Below, in pieces: positions 37,584 through 47,214 of a stretch of DNA of 64,000 bases. Under the pieces are notes generated by a model. The model searched no databases. It was given only the letters and a program-made list of their open reading frames with translations, and was not told the origin of the DNA. This stretch comes from Magnetococcales bacterium DCbin4 (GTDB lineage: Bacteria > Pseudomonadota > Magnetococcia > Magnetococcales > UBA8363): contig PEAN01000001.1 of assembly GCA_002753735.1 (NCBI GenBank), positions 17,040 to 81,039 on the forward strand, written 5' to 3'. The translations under genes were made by a program, and so were the position numbers. Position 1 is the first letter of the stretch; each line of letters begins with the position of its first letter.

Positions 37584-38543
37584 TCAACTCCTCGATCCGG
37601 GTGTACACAAACGGTACAATACCGCCATGCGGATGGCCAATCCGTTGGCCACCTGTTTCAAAATGACCGAACGCTCCAGGTCATCCGCCACCTCCGAGGC
37701 GATTTCCACCCCGCGATTCATCGGCCCGGGATGCATGACGATGGCGGTTGCCGAAGCCAGGGCCAAACGTTGTTTCGTCAATCCCCAATAGTGAAAATAT
37801 TCGCGAATGCTGGGGACATAGGCTTTGGCCATCCGTTCCTGCTGCAACCGGAGCATCATCACCACATTGACCCCCGCAATCCCCTCTTCCATGCGGTGGA
37901 ATACCTTGACGTTGAATGCCTCCTCCACCTTGGCCGGAATCAAGGTCGGCGGTCCGACGAAACGAACCTCCGCCCCCATGGTGGCCAACCCCTGGGCATT
38001 GGATCGGGCTACCCGCGAATGCAGGATATCCCCGCAAATGGCGACTTTGAGTCCCTGAAAATCTTCGCGTCCCATGTTGGGCAGGTGATCATGGATGGTC
38101 AGAATGTCCAACAGCGCCTGGGTGGGATGGGCATGACGGCCATCCCCGGCGTTGATGATGGCCGCATTGAGGTTGCGCGCCAAAAATTCCTGTGCCCCCG
38201 ATTCCGAATGACGGACCACAACCACATCCGGATTCATCGCCTGCAAGGTGGCCAGGGTGTCGATCAGCGTTTCACCCTTCTTGACCGAACTGGATGCGAC
38301 GCTCATGTTGATCACATCGGCGCTCATCCGTTTGCCCGCCAGTTCAAATGAGGTCCGGGTCCGGGTCGAATTTTCATAAAACAGATTGATGATGGTCTTT
38401 CCACGCAGGGTGGGTACCTTCTTGATGTCGCGATGATTGACTTCACGAAACGAGGCGGCGGTGTCAAGAATGGAGAGAATCTCTCCCCGACCAATGTCCC
38501 GCATGCTGAGCAGGTGTTTCCGATTCCAATGATTGGCGCTCAT
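37584..38543 (-). CDS. pyrB: Aspartate carbamoyltransferase catalytic subunit
   Basis: STRTRTSFE, HPTQ and HPGPMNRGVEI motifs. Confidence 0.93.
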   Translation of the reverse strand: MSANHWNRKHLLSMRDIGRGEILSILDTAASFREVNHRDIKKVPTLRGKTIINLFYENSTRTRTSFELAGKRMSADVINMSVASSSVKKGETLIDTLATLQAMNPDVVVVRHSESGAQEFLARNLNAAIINAGDGRHAHPTQALLDILTIHDHLPNMGREDFQGLKVAICGDILHSRVARSNAQGLATMGAEVRFVGPPTLIPAKVEEAFNVKVFHRMEEGIAGVNVVMMLRLQQERMAKAYVPSIREYFHYWGLTKQRLALASATAIVMHPGPMNRGVEIASEVADDLERSVILKQVANGLAIRMAVLYRLCTPGSRS

Positions 38544-38592
38544 CGTTGTTGCCGTCCGATTATCTCCGGGGTGCCCATGAAAAGCGTCGGAA

Positions 38593-39165
38593 TCATGACG
38601 CTCGTTTGACCTGTTTCAATACGACCTTCCATCCTTCGGGGCCTGTGACCAGTTTGACCGTCTCGTTGCGGCCCGCATTCATGACCAATCCGGCGAAATC
38701 GGGTTGAATCGGCAGTTGCCGACACCCCCGGTCCACCAATACCAGGAGATCAACCCGCTCCGGCCGTCCATAGTCGAACAGGGCATTCAACCCCGCACGG
38801 ATGGTGCGGCCGGTGAAAAGAACATCGTCCACTAAAACGATCCGCTTGTCGTCGATGTCCATCTCCAGATCGGTCGGTGCCACCACCGGATTGGGACCGA
38901 CCGTGTTCAGATCATCCCGATAAAAGGATATATCGAGAAAACCCAAAGGCAGTTGCCGTCCCAACAGATGATTCAAACGGTCGCGCAGCAATTGCGCAAC
39001 AATCGCCCCTCCCCGGCGAATCCCCACAACCACCCGTTTATCGGGCCGGGTGATGGTCCCGGCCAATCGAGCCGCCAAGGCATCAAGCGTTGATAGCGTC
39101 TCCCGGGCTGATAAAATGGTCGTTTCATGTTCCATGGTCATGATTCCAATCTTCCCCCTGGGCAT
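38593..39165 (-). CDS. pyrR: PyrR: bifunctional pyr regulator / uracil phosphoribosyltransferase
   Basis: PRPP motif VLVDDVLFTGRTIRA and RGGAIVA. The start may be the internal MTMEHE. Confidence 0.85.
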   Translation of the reverse strand: MPRGKIGIMTMEHETTILSARETLSTLDALAARLAGTITRPDKRVVVGIRRGGAIVAQLLRDRLNHLLGRQLPLGFLDISFYRDDLNTVGPNPVVAPTDLEMDIDDKRIVLVDDVLFTGRTIRAGLNALFDYGRPERVDLLVLVDRGCRQLPIQPDFAGLVMNAGRNETVKLVTGPEGWKVVLKQVKRAS

Positions 39166-39535
39166 CTTTGTGCCGATCGTATCATTTTTCGAGTGAACAA
39201 AAAATCGCCTGGACCCGTGGACGATATGTCACATCTCCATCCTACGCCATTTCCTTGGCAAAAGAGAATGGCAGAAAAGCAACATCTCCCGGGGTGTATC
39301 ATGAAAACAAGACAGGGATGCTATTTTGCAACAGGGTGGGTGAATCTTAAAAAATATCATTATTTCAACCAAATATAATATATGCCCGTGCAATTAATCA
39401 AATCTGGCCTCCATGTTGCATTATCCACGGGCAACAGCGGCCATACCCCTGGCGATCACATGGGAAACCAAGAAATTCCTTGATTGAGCAAGCTTCCCGA
39501 TCCTCAGTGGCAAAGGTCATGATAGATTTTTTTTC

Positions 39536-39564
39536 TTGACGAGTTCGTAAAGTTCATCTATAAG
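39536..39564 (+). promoter_or_regulatory. Candidate sigma-70 promoter for the first porin gene
   Basis: TTGACG, 17 nt, TATAAG, about 180 nt upstream of ATG 39742. Pattern match only. Confidence 0.3.
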
Positions 39565-39741
39565 GCATTCCACAGGGTTGTTGCGAATTGGCAACACGGT
39601 GTTGCAAATGAGCATGAGCATTGGTCGGGATCGGGCACGGTGGCCGAGCTGATTTTGGATGCAGACCCATTGATTCAATTGTTGTCACAAACGAAGTTTC
39701 CGGGGCTTCCGGGAGCGGGTTTTCAAACTAAGGAGAGAAGT

Positions 39742-41115
39742 ATGAAGAAGACACTGATTCTTGGTGCGGCCGCGTTGGCCGCCGCTGCCTGGGCTCCCCT
39801 GGCCGATGCTGGTGAAGTCAAACTGGGTGGCTACTACATGGGCCGCTGGCAGATGTATGACTCCAACATGATCGATGAAGTGGCTCCTGCCGACACCGGC
39901 GAGCGTTATGTTCATCGTCTCCAACTGAAAACCGACATGATCGCCTCGGAAAAGAGCCATGCCCACATGGTGGTCCGGGTTCTTGATACCGCAGTGATCG
40001 AAGGTTCCGACCTCGGTTCCGTCTCCTCCGATACCGGAGCGGCGGGCGGCGTTTCCGACACCCAGGTTTCCAATGTGGCCAACCTGGCTGATCCCTGGGA
40101 AATCCGGCAAATGTGGTTGGAAACCGAAGCCTGGGGCATCGGTTTGAAATTTGGTGAAATGCCCATCACCCTCAACGACAAGATCCTCGTCGGTGAAGAT
40201 ACCTCTTCCCATGGTGGATTGTTGCTCTCCAAAACCTTCGGCAATGTGACCGCCGTTGTGGGCAACATTCGTATCAATGAAGACATGAGCACCGGCAGCT
40301 CGATCAATGATCTGACCGCAGCGGGTGCCGCCACCAAGGGTGCCGACAGCGACGACGCCAATCTGTGGGCCATGAGCCTGTTCGGAAAAGCGGGTCTGGC
40401 GGACTATAACTTCACCCTGGCCTATGCCGACCTCCAGGAAGCTTCCGATTTCATGGATGTCCTGGAAACCGTCTGCGGTGCGACCACCCCCTGCACCACC
40501 ACCGACGCCAGCAACATTTGGGCAGCTTTGACCCTGAGCGGCAAACTGGGTTATGTCAACGCCGTCGGTACCATCATTTATGAAGATGGCTATGATTTGT
40601 CCCAGGACACCACCGGTTCCAAGATTTCCAACATGTGGTCCAGCTCCGGACTCCTCGGTGCCCTTCGTCTGAGCGGTAGCCTCAGCTTTGGTGAATGGAA
40701 CGCCTACGGGTTTGTCGCTTCCGAAGACTTCAACAACATCACCAACGACAACATGGTGTGGTCGGCAACCTGGGATCAAAGCGGACCGGGCGGTATCGAC
40801 CTGATGAACACCTTCGCCAACGGCGCAGGGACCAACACCTCCCCCAGCGAAAACATGACGGGTATTGGTGTGGGCCTCAAAGTCAAGGCAGCGGGTTGGA
40901 CCATCAACCCCATGATCGACTATGCCGAAGTGACCGAATCGCAAGCGGGTGGCACTTGGGACTCTGCGGTTGGCGGCAGCTTGCTGCTTTCCACCCAGAT
41001 CCAGAAAGACACCACGCTGTTGCTTGAAACGGCGTTGGTCAATCCCGAAGGGATCAACAGGACCAATGAAGATAATGCCTTCTATGCCCAAGCTGGCATC
41101 AAGATGGCCTTCTGA
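39742..41115 (+). CDS. Putative outer-membrane porin (beta-barrel), paralogue 1
   Basis: Start reset to MKKTLILGAAALAAAAWAPLADA (AAGGAGAG Shine-Dalgarno). Alternating amphipathic strands. C-terminal ...AGIKMAF ends in an aromatic residue. No specific family recognised. Confidence 0.6.
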   Translation: MKKTLILGAAALAAAAWAPLADAGEVKLGGYYMGRWQMYDSNMIDEVAPADTGERYVHRLQLKTDMIASEKSHAHMVVRVLDTAVIEGSDLGSVSSDTGAAGGVSDTQVSNVANLADPWEIRQMWLETEAWGIGLKFGEMPITLNDKILVGEDTSSHGGLLLSKTFGNVTAVVGNIRINEDMSTGSSINDLTAAGAATKGADSDDANLWAMSLFGKAGLADYNFTLAYADLQEASDFMDVLETVCGATTPCTTTDASNIWAALTLSGKLGYVNAVGTIIYEDGYDLSQDTTGSKISNMWSSSGLLGALRLSGSLSFGEWNAYGFVASEDFNNITNDNMVWSATWDQSGPGGIDLMNTFANGAGTNTSPSENMTGIGVGLKVKAAGWTINPMIDYAEVTESQAGGTWDSAVGGSLLLSTQIQKDTTLLLETALVNPEGINRTNEDNAFYAQAGIKMAF

Positions 41116-41153
41116 TTTGACCTGATCGACACGCTGTATCATGTATGAAAGAA

Positions 41154-41188
41154 AGGGGTGGCTCAATTGGGCCGCCCCTTTTTTTTTG
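41154..41188 (+). terminator. Intrinsic terminator after porin 1
   Basis: AGGGGTGGC-tcaattgg-GCCGCCCCT followed by T9. Confidence 0.75.
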
Positions 41189-41675
41189 ATTCTGTTCTGA
41201 TGCGATGATGCAACACTGCTTTTGTGCTTGAAATAATGCGGACAAGGGTTTACCAAATGATTGGATATCATTTGAATTTCAAAAAATTCAATAGATTATC
41301 CACCCTCACCCCTTTCAAACGTTGCCATGAAATGCATCAGTCTGCCCAATATTCAGACGCCGTGTGATCAATTTATGATCCGTTGCTTGCTTGCGGAAGA
41401 GTGTGGCAAAAGCATGACAGGGTGTGTTTTTTGGCAACAGGTGCGCAGCAGATTTTATTTTTGTTTGATTTCAATCAGTTGAGATAAATTTGCCAAGATT
41501 TGCGATTATGGCCTTTTTATTGCGATGATCCAGGGTAAGTTTGAACTGTGATTCATAAGGATGGGCGACATTTTTTTGGAATCGATATCAGGTCATTGCT
41601 GAATCCTGCGGGGATTCCACTGACAATCAATCCGGAATATCCGGAAACAGACTCTTTTCAACAAGGAAAAAGCTG

Positions 41676-43031
41676 ATGAAAAAATCGTTGATTCTTGGTT
41701 TGGCTGCGGTTGCCGCTGCGTGGACTTCTTATGCCGATGCAGGTGAAGTCAAGTTGGGAGGTCAATACATGGGCCGTTGGCAAATGTATGACGCCAACAT
41801 GATTGATGAAGTCGCTCCATCGGATCGGGGTGAGGCTTATGTCCACGAATTGATGTTGAGCACCGACATGATCGCTTCGGAAAAAAGCCATGCGCACATG
41901 CGGGTCCAGGTGCTTGATTCAGCGGTGATCGAAGGTGCTGATCTGGGTTCGGTTTCTTCCGATACCGGTGCGGCCGGTGGGGTATCGAACACCCAGGTTT
42001 CCAATGTCGTCAACCTGGCCGATCCCTGGGAAATCCGGCAAATGTGGTTGGAAACCGAAGCATGGGGCATTGGCGTCAAATTTGGTGAAATGCCCATCAC
42101 CCTTAATGACACCATCCTGGTGGGTGATGACCTTTCTTCCAATGGTGGCCTGTTGCTCTCCAAAACCTTTGGCAACGTGACTGCCGTGGTGGGCAACATT
42201 CGCATCAACGAAGACATGTCCACGGGGGCGTCCTCGGGTAATGATGCGGGCAAGGGTGCCGATAGCGACGACGCCAATTTGTGGGCCATGAGCCTGTTCG
42301 GCAAGGCGGGTCTGGCTGATTACAATTTCACCCTGGCTTATGCCGATCTTCAAGAAGCTTCCGATTTCATGGAAGTGTTGGAAACCGTCTGCGGTGCGAC
42401 GACGCCCTGTGCCACCACTGATGGCAGCAATATTTGGGCTGCTTTGACCTTGAGTGGCAAGCTGGGTTATGTCAATGCGGTGGGTACGGTGATCTATGAG
42501 GATGGCTATGACCTGTCGCAGGACACGACCGGTTCCAAGATTTCCAATCTGTGGTCCAGCTCTGGAATTTTGGGTGCGTTGCGTTTGAATGGCAGCACCG
42601 GATTTGGCGAATGGAATGCCTACGGTTTTGTCGCCTCTGAAGATTTCAACAATATCACCAACGACAACATGGTGTGGTCGGCGACCTGGGACCAAGGCGG
42701 CCCCAATGGAATCGATCTGATGAACAACTTTGCCGTTGGCGCAGGCACCAACACCTCTCCCAGCGAAAATATGACGGGTATTGGTGTGGGCCTCAAAGTC
42801 AAAGCGGCGGGTTGGACCATCAATCCCATGATCGACTATGCGGAAGTGACGGAAGCCCAAGCGGGTGGTACCTGGGATTCCGCGACGGGTGGCAGCCTGC
42901 TCCTCTCTACCGATATCCAAAAAGACACCACGCTCTCTTTGGAAGCGGCAGTGGTCAGCCCGGAGGGGATCAATCGGACCAACGAAGACAACGCCTTCTA
43001 TGCTCAGGCGGGGATCAAGATGATTTTCTGA
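41676..43031 (+). CDS. Putative outer-membrane porin, paralogue 2
   Basis: 451 aa, clearly more than 80% identical to paralogue 1 by eye. Signal peptide. C-terminal ...AGIKMIF. Confidence 0.6.
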   Translation: MKKSLILGLAAVAAAWTSYADAGEVKLGGQYMGRWQMYDANMIDEVAPSDRGEAYVHELMLSTDMIASEKSHAHMRVQVLDSAVIEGADLGSVSSDTGAAGGVSNTQVSNVVNLADPWEIRQMWLETEAWGIGVKFGEMPITLNDTILVGDDLSSNGGLLLSKTFGNVTAVVGNIRINEDMSTGASSGNDAGKGADSDDANLWAMSLFGKAGLADYNFTLAYADLQEASDFMEVLETVCGATTPCATTDGSNIWAALTLSGKLGYVNAVGTVIYEDGYDLSQDTTGSKISNLWSSSGILGALRLNGSTGFGEWNAYGFVASEDFNNITNDNMVWSATWDQGGPNGIDLMNNFAVGAGTNTSPSENMTGIGVGLKVKAAGWTINPMIDYAEVTEAQAGGTWDSATGGSLLLSTDIQKDTTLSLEAAVVSPEGINRTNEDNAFYAQAGIKMIF

Positions 43032-43059
43032 TCTGAATGTCTTCAGTGCAGAACCCGAA

Positions 43060-43093
43060 GGGGATGGCTTGAAAGGGCCATCCCCTTTTTCTT
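43060..43093 (+). terminator. Intrinsic terminator after porin 2
   Basis: GGGGATGGC-ttgaaagg-GCCATCCCC followed by TTTTTCTTTT. Confidence 0.7.
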
Positions 43094-43108
43094 TTCGTGG
43101 ACAATGCA

Positions 43109-44113
43109 TCATCCCTGGTGCGAAAAAACATCGTCCAACGATTGGGCGTCAAAAATTTTGAGACTCCATACCTCCAAAGCGGAAGATTCCGCTTGGATGA
43201 TTTTTTTTTCGACCCACTCCGGTACCGGACCAAAGCGACGTTGCAACAGACGGAGCAGTATTTTGGCTTCGCCTTTTTTTTCACCCATCTGCTCGCCCTC
43301 TTTCCGACCTTCCTCCCGACCTTCCTCCCGACCTTCCTCCCGACCTTCCTTCCAACCTTCCTCCCGACCTTCCAGTTTTCCAAGGCCATAGTTTGATTGC
43401 ACCAGGCTGGCCTGATGATGGAGGTCATCCTTGTATCGTTCGTAGGCCCGTCGTTCCGGTTCAGACAGTTTCAATATATCAAGCTGTTCTTTGGCTTTGA
43501 CCAGACCACGGGCGGTGGATCCTTCACGAATTTCCTCGTTTTTCAAAAAATAAATCCATTCATCCAGGGAATCTCGCGCCACATCGTTAAAGCGATTCAC
43601 CTTGATCAAATAATATTCCGGGAAGAGTTCTGGCACCGAGTTGCGATGAAACAACGCCTTTTGTCCTTCACTGAGCGTCAATTCATCGTTTGTATGCAAT
43701 CCTTTGAATGTGGTCGTTCCCTTGTAGACATAATCGGCGCCCTGTCCCAGGTCGAAATACATGATGTTGACGGAAATCACTTTGAGGATGCTGGAATAAG
43801 GTTCATGTTCATTGATATGTTCGGTAATCGCTTTGGCGGTTCCATATAAAAGACGTTGCAGATAGTCCCATTCGCGTTGATATTGCAATTCGATGAGGAT
43901 CAATTCCCCACGCATGTTTTTTACCTTGATGTCCACCCGGTTGTATTTGTCGAGCCTGTCATCCTTGTTGCCTTCACTTTCCAGGATTTCTTGAATACGA
44001 AGATCTTCCTTGAGCAGTTCGCTCAGGAATCCTTCCAAAATTTCAAAGTTTGCCTTGCTGCGCAAAAGACGTTTCAAGGCCCAATCAAAGCTGATCAACC
44101 GGCGTTGTTTCAT
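43109..44113 (-). CDS. Rpn-family recombination-promoting nuclease / putative transposase (PD-(D/E)XK), with a GREE-repeat linker
   Basis: N-terminus ISFDWALKRLLRSKANFEILEGFL...RVDIKVKN..ELILIELQ (D..E.Q core). C-terminal LLRLLQRRFGPVPEWVEKKI helix, typical of this family. Confidence 0.65.
   Translation of the reverse strand: MKQRRLISFDWALKRLLRSKANFEILEGFLSELLKEDLRIQEILESEGNKDDRLDKYNRVDIKVKNMRGELILIELQYQREWDYLQRLLYGTAKAITEHINEHEPYSSILKVISVNIMYFDLGQGADYVYKGTTTFKGLHTNDELTLSEGQKALFHRNSVPELFPEYYLIKVNRFNDVARDSLDEWIYFLKNEEIREGSTARGLVKAKEQLDILKLSEPERRAYERYKDDLHHQASLVQSNYGLGKLEGREEGWKEGREEGREEGREEGRKEGEQMGEKKGEAKILLRLLQRRFGPVPEWVEKKIIQAESSALEVWSLKIFDAQSLDDVFSHQG
43306..43375 (-). repeat. 12-bp coding tandem repeat (GACCTTCCTCCC on the + strand), about 5.8 units
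   Basis: Units at 43306, 43318 and 43330 are perfect. The units at 43342, 43354 and 43366 are degenerate. Encodes EGREEGREEGREEG in the Rpn-like protein. Confidence 0.9.
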
Positions 44114-44200
44114 GATTCATGGCTCCTGAAAACGATCAAGAAATAATGGGAGTTCACCCTTCGCGGGAATGGGGGTGGATGATCGGACCTCTGTAATCGT

Positions 44201-45052
44201 TCAATGTTTCAGAGCATCTCGAGATTTTCGTTCCATGAGATCAAGGATTTCCTGTAACGTCTGCGGAAGGGATTCCCCCACACCCAGCCAACCCAGGCAA
44301 CGTGCCTTCAAGGCCAATTGCAAAAGCATCGGTGGATTCAAATGGGCTCGGCTCAAGGCTTCATCATCCGCCAAAATTTTTTCACTGGGTCCTTTGGCGA
44401 CGACCTTGCCCTCATTGAACAAAGCCACCTCATCCGCAATCGAATAGGCAAGATCGACATCATGGGTGGTGAATACCAGTGTTGTTCCTGCTTCGGAGAT
44501 CTTGCGCAATACCGCAAGCAGATGCGCTGAAGCATGATGATCAAGACCGGAGGTGGGCTCATCCAACAATAACACTTCGGGACGCATGGCAACGATTCCG
44601 GCGATGGCAACACGTTTTTTCTGACCGCCGGAAAGCATGTGAGTCGGACGATCCGCCAAATCGGCAATATTCATGATGCGCAACGCTTCGATCACCCGTT
44701 CCTTGGTTTCAATGTCACCGAGGCCCATGTTCAAAGGGCCAAAGGAGACATCTTCAAATACCGACGCAGCAAACAGTTGATCATCCGCATCCTGTAATGC
44801 CAGTCCCACACGTCTGCGCCATGCAGTCAGTGCACGACGGGAATATCCCACGGGTTGGCCATCCAGAAACACTTGTCCCGAAGAGGGACGCAGCGTGCCA
44901 TTGAGATGCATGAGCAGTGTGGTCTTGCCCGAGCCATTGGGCCCCAGAATGGCCAGTTTACGGCCACGTTTGATGGACAGGTTCAATCCAGAAAGTGCCG
45001 GAACACCCCCGGGAAACGTATAGGTCAGGGCGTCTGCCTTGAGGATCGTCAT
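44201..45052 (-). CDS. cbiO: Cobalt/ECF transporter ATP-binding protein CbiO
   Basis: Walker A GPNGSGKTT, LSGGQKKRVAIA, LLLDEPTSGLD. Confidence 0.88.
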   Translation of the reverse strand: MTILKADALTYTFPGGVPALSGLNLSIKRGRKLAILGPNGSGKTTLLMHLNGTLRPSSGQVFLDGQPVGYSRRALTAWRRRVGLALQDADDQLFAASVFEDVSFGPLNMGLGDIETKERVIEALRIMNIADLADRPTHMLSGGQKKRVAIAGIVAMRPEVLLLDEPTSGLDHHASAHLLAVLRKISEAGTTLVFTTHDVDLAYSIADEVALFNEGKVVAKGPSEKILADDEALSRAHLNPPMLLQLALKARCLGWLGVGESLPQTLQEILDLMERKSRDALKH

Positions 45053-45780
45053 GAAAAATGAACTCCTGCGGCAGCGATGACGAGTTCAATGACGATGACC
45101 AGAATCAGGGTGGGAATCGAAAGAGGGACCGTCCGTGACAATACCCGCATGTTTCCGGTCCAGCCCCGTGCCGCCAGTCCCACTTCCAACCGACGCCCCT
45201 GATCCATGGCACGCGGCAACAGATTGGCGACCAACAATCCCAGGGAACGCAACTGCTGCCATTTGCTCGAATGGCCAAGACGGGACGCCTGTGCACGACT
45301 CATGGAGCGAGAAGTATCCGCCAGGAGGAAAATAAATCGGTACATCAATAATGCAATTTCGACGATTTCCGGAGGAACCCCTGAACGGCGCAATCCGGCA
45401 AGCAGGTCTGTCGTCGGCGTGGTCAGTGCGAGAAACAAAAAACAGGCAAACCCAGCCAAGGCCCGGGTCATCATGTTCCCTGCAATGAACAAACCCTCCG
45501 GAGCCAGGGAAACCCCGGAAGAATCAATCTGAATCGCCAAAAACATGGCACCTGTGAACAGAAATCCCACAGGTCCAATGATGCAGGCCAGCCATACGCG
45601 CACTGGAATGCCAGCCCCGAACAAGGTCGCCGCCATCGTGACCATCAACACGATCACCGCCACCGGATAGGGTGGAAAGACGACCGACAACAACAACATC
45701 CCCAGGGCAAAAACAACCTTCTCGGTGAGGGAACGATGACGCCAACGGTTGCAGTGTGCAACACGATCAATCGCCGTCAT
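45049..45780 (-). CDS. cbiQ: Cobalt ECF transporter transmembrane component CbiQ
   Basis: Polytopic 243 aa, overlapping cbiO and cbiN. Position in the cbiMNQO cluster. Confidence 0.8.
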   Translation of the reverse strand: MTAIDRVAHCNRWRHRSLTEKVVFALGMLLLSVVFPPYPVAVIVLMVTMAATLFGAGIPVRVWLACIIGPVGFLFTGAMFLAIQIDSSGVSLAPEGLFIAGNMMTRALAGFACFLFLALTTPTTDLLAGLRRSGVPPEIVEIALLMYRFIFLLADTSRSMSRAQASRLGHSSKWQQLRSLGLLVANLLPRAMDQGRRLEVGLAARGWTGNMRVLSRTVPLSIPTLILVIVIELVIAAAGVHFS

Positions 45781-46066
45781 GATCGTTACGCTTCAGTGAT
45801 GATCCGTGCCGACGTCCAATGACGTAACCGACAAACCCAGCGCCCAAGGCCGCCTGTATGGCAAACAACATGCTTTCCACTTCGCCACTTGGTGGCGTCC
45901 ACAAGGGTTGAAACCATGGCTGATAGCCGGGACGGGCTTGGATGATCATCTCCACGGCTTGACCGTCGGTACCTTCAAAATCACCTTGAAAAACGGGAAT
46001 GGCCAATGGCAGGAACATGAGTATTGCTGCCGCAACCATCAACCACAGTGAGCGATGGCGATTCAT
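45767..46066 (-). CDS. cbiN: Cobalt transport protein CbiN
   Basis: 99 aa with two TM segments. [32 protein letters not shown] pattern. Confidence 0.8.
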   Translation of the reverse strand: MNRHRSLWLMVAAAILMFLPLAIPVFQGDFEGTDGQAVEMIIQARPGYQPWFQPLWTPPSGEVESMLFAIQAALGAGFVGYVIGRRHGSSLKRNDHDGD

Positions 46067-46734
46067 CGGTGGACCTCACCACACAATGCCTCAATTTCAT
46101 CGACTTTACCGGCACGACCCGACAAAGCGTTCATGACGACCACGGTCAGCAACCCTTCGACGATGGCCAGGGGAATCTGGGTAAACGCAAAGACACCACC
46201 AAATTTGATGATGGCACCAGGGATTCCCGATGATACATCCGGGTATGCCAGTGCCAACTGCACCGATGTGGTCATATAGGTTGATAAATTGCCCAGTGTT
46301 GCTGCAAGGAATACCGCAATCGCAATGGATGCCCCCAATCTGCTGGCCAAACGCCACACCCCCCAACTGACCCAGGGACCGACAATGGCCATTGAGAATA
46401 CGTTGGCACCCAGGGTTGTAAGTCCGCCGTGGGCAAGCAGAAGCGCTTGAAACAACAACACGATCATTCCGAGAACCGACATGACTGCCGGTCCGAATAC
46501 CACCGCACCCAGACCGGTGCCGGTGGGATGGGAACAGGAACCGGTGACACTGGGCATTTTAAGTGCCGAAAGCATGAAGGTGAAGGCACCTGCGGCTGCC
46601 AGCATCATTTTCGCCTGGGGCCGTTCCCGAACAATGCGTTTTGCGCGAATGACCCCGGCGACAACAAACGGCGCGGAGATGCCAAGCCACCCGATGGCAT
46701 GCTCAATGGGAAGAAATCCCTCCATGATATGCAT
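46063..46734 (-). CDS. cbiM: Cobalt transporter substrate component CbiM
   Basis: Start reset to MHIMEGFLP (ATG 46734, GGAGAAG 6 nt upstream), the conserved CbiM N-terminus. Confidence 0.88.
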   Translation of the reverse strand: MHIMEGFLPIEHAIGWLGISAPFVVAGVIRAKRIVRERPQAKMMLAAAGAFTFMLSALKMPSVTGSCSHPTGTGLGAVVFGPAVMSVLGMIVLLFQALLLAHGGLTTLGANVFSMAIVGPWVSWGVWRLASRLGASIAIAVFLAATLGNLSTYMTTSVQLALAYPDVSSGIPGAIIKFGGVFAFTQIPLAIVEGLLTVVVMNALSGRAGKVDEIEALCGEVHR

Positions 46735-46899
46735 GTACTCTTCTCCCGGGTACGAAAACAACAAAGGTCAAAATGTCTCCGATCATTCGGCAAGAGACAA
46801 ACTCATGACCACAGCAAGAATAGGGAGGGGAAGGGGGGCGAAAGAACGAAGGGGCGAAGCGTAAGCGGTGGGTCTGCCGGGCGCATCACCCCGGCGCTC

Positions 46900-47085
46900 G
46901 CCCGCACTGCCCTCCGCAGTGCGCACAGGCCATTCCCTGGGCCGGTCTCCGGGCTTACGCAATCAGGCTCCCAACATTGAAGAACCTTTCATGCGCCTAC
47001 CGTTGCGGGGGCAGCACCGGAATCGCCAAGGATTGGCTGACCGGATTTCCCGTTTCAGTTCAAAGGAAGACAACCTTTGGAACAC
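46900..47085 (-). promoter_or_regulatory. Cobalamin (B12) riboswitch in the cbiMNQO leader
   Basis: The minus strand reads ...AACGGGAAATCCGGT..ATTCCGGTGCTGCCCCCGCAACGGTAGG...GGGAGCC...AAGCCCGGAGACCGGCC. This matches the conserved GGGAA/CCGGTG/GCTGCCCCCGCAACTGTA core and the B12 box (AGYCMGGAGACCKGCC). Confidence 0.8.
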
Positions 47086-47214
47086 CCAGAAAGGGATGGT
47101 CAATCCTATGAGATTCCGGGAGAATTTGTCAACCCATATTTTTACATTTTCCAAGCAACATGATCAAACTTCGCTTGGAATGCGAGGGATGCTCCCGAGG
47201 GTTTGATCTTGATT

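Noticed and set aside
36173-38351. 497-aa and 319-aa + strand ORFs across pyrC and pyrB.
   Set aside because: They are antisense shadows of clearly identified pyrC and pyrB, with no start context or motifs.
39166-39330. PyrR-binding attenuator hairpin (UCCAGAGAGG-type loop) in the pyrR leader.
   Set aside because: Only a weak GGUCCAGGCGA resemblance is present, and no terminator/antiterminator pair is visible. There is not enough evidence to call it.
39685-43112. 528-aa and 397-aa ORFs antisense to the two porin genes.
   Set aside because: Both mirror the porin frames exactly. Their translations are Gly/His/Arg-rich with no signal peptide or motifs. The porin frames have a Shine-Dalgarno, a signal peptide, a C-terminal aromatic residue and terminators.
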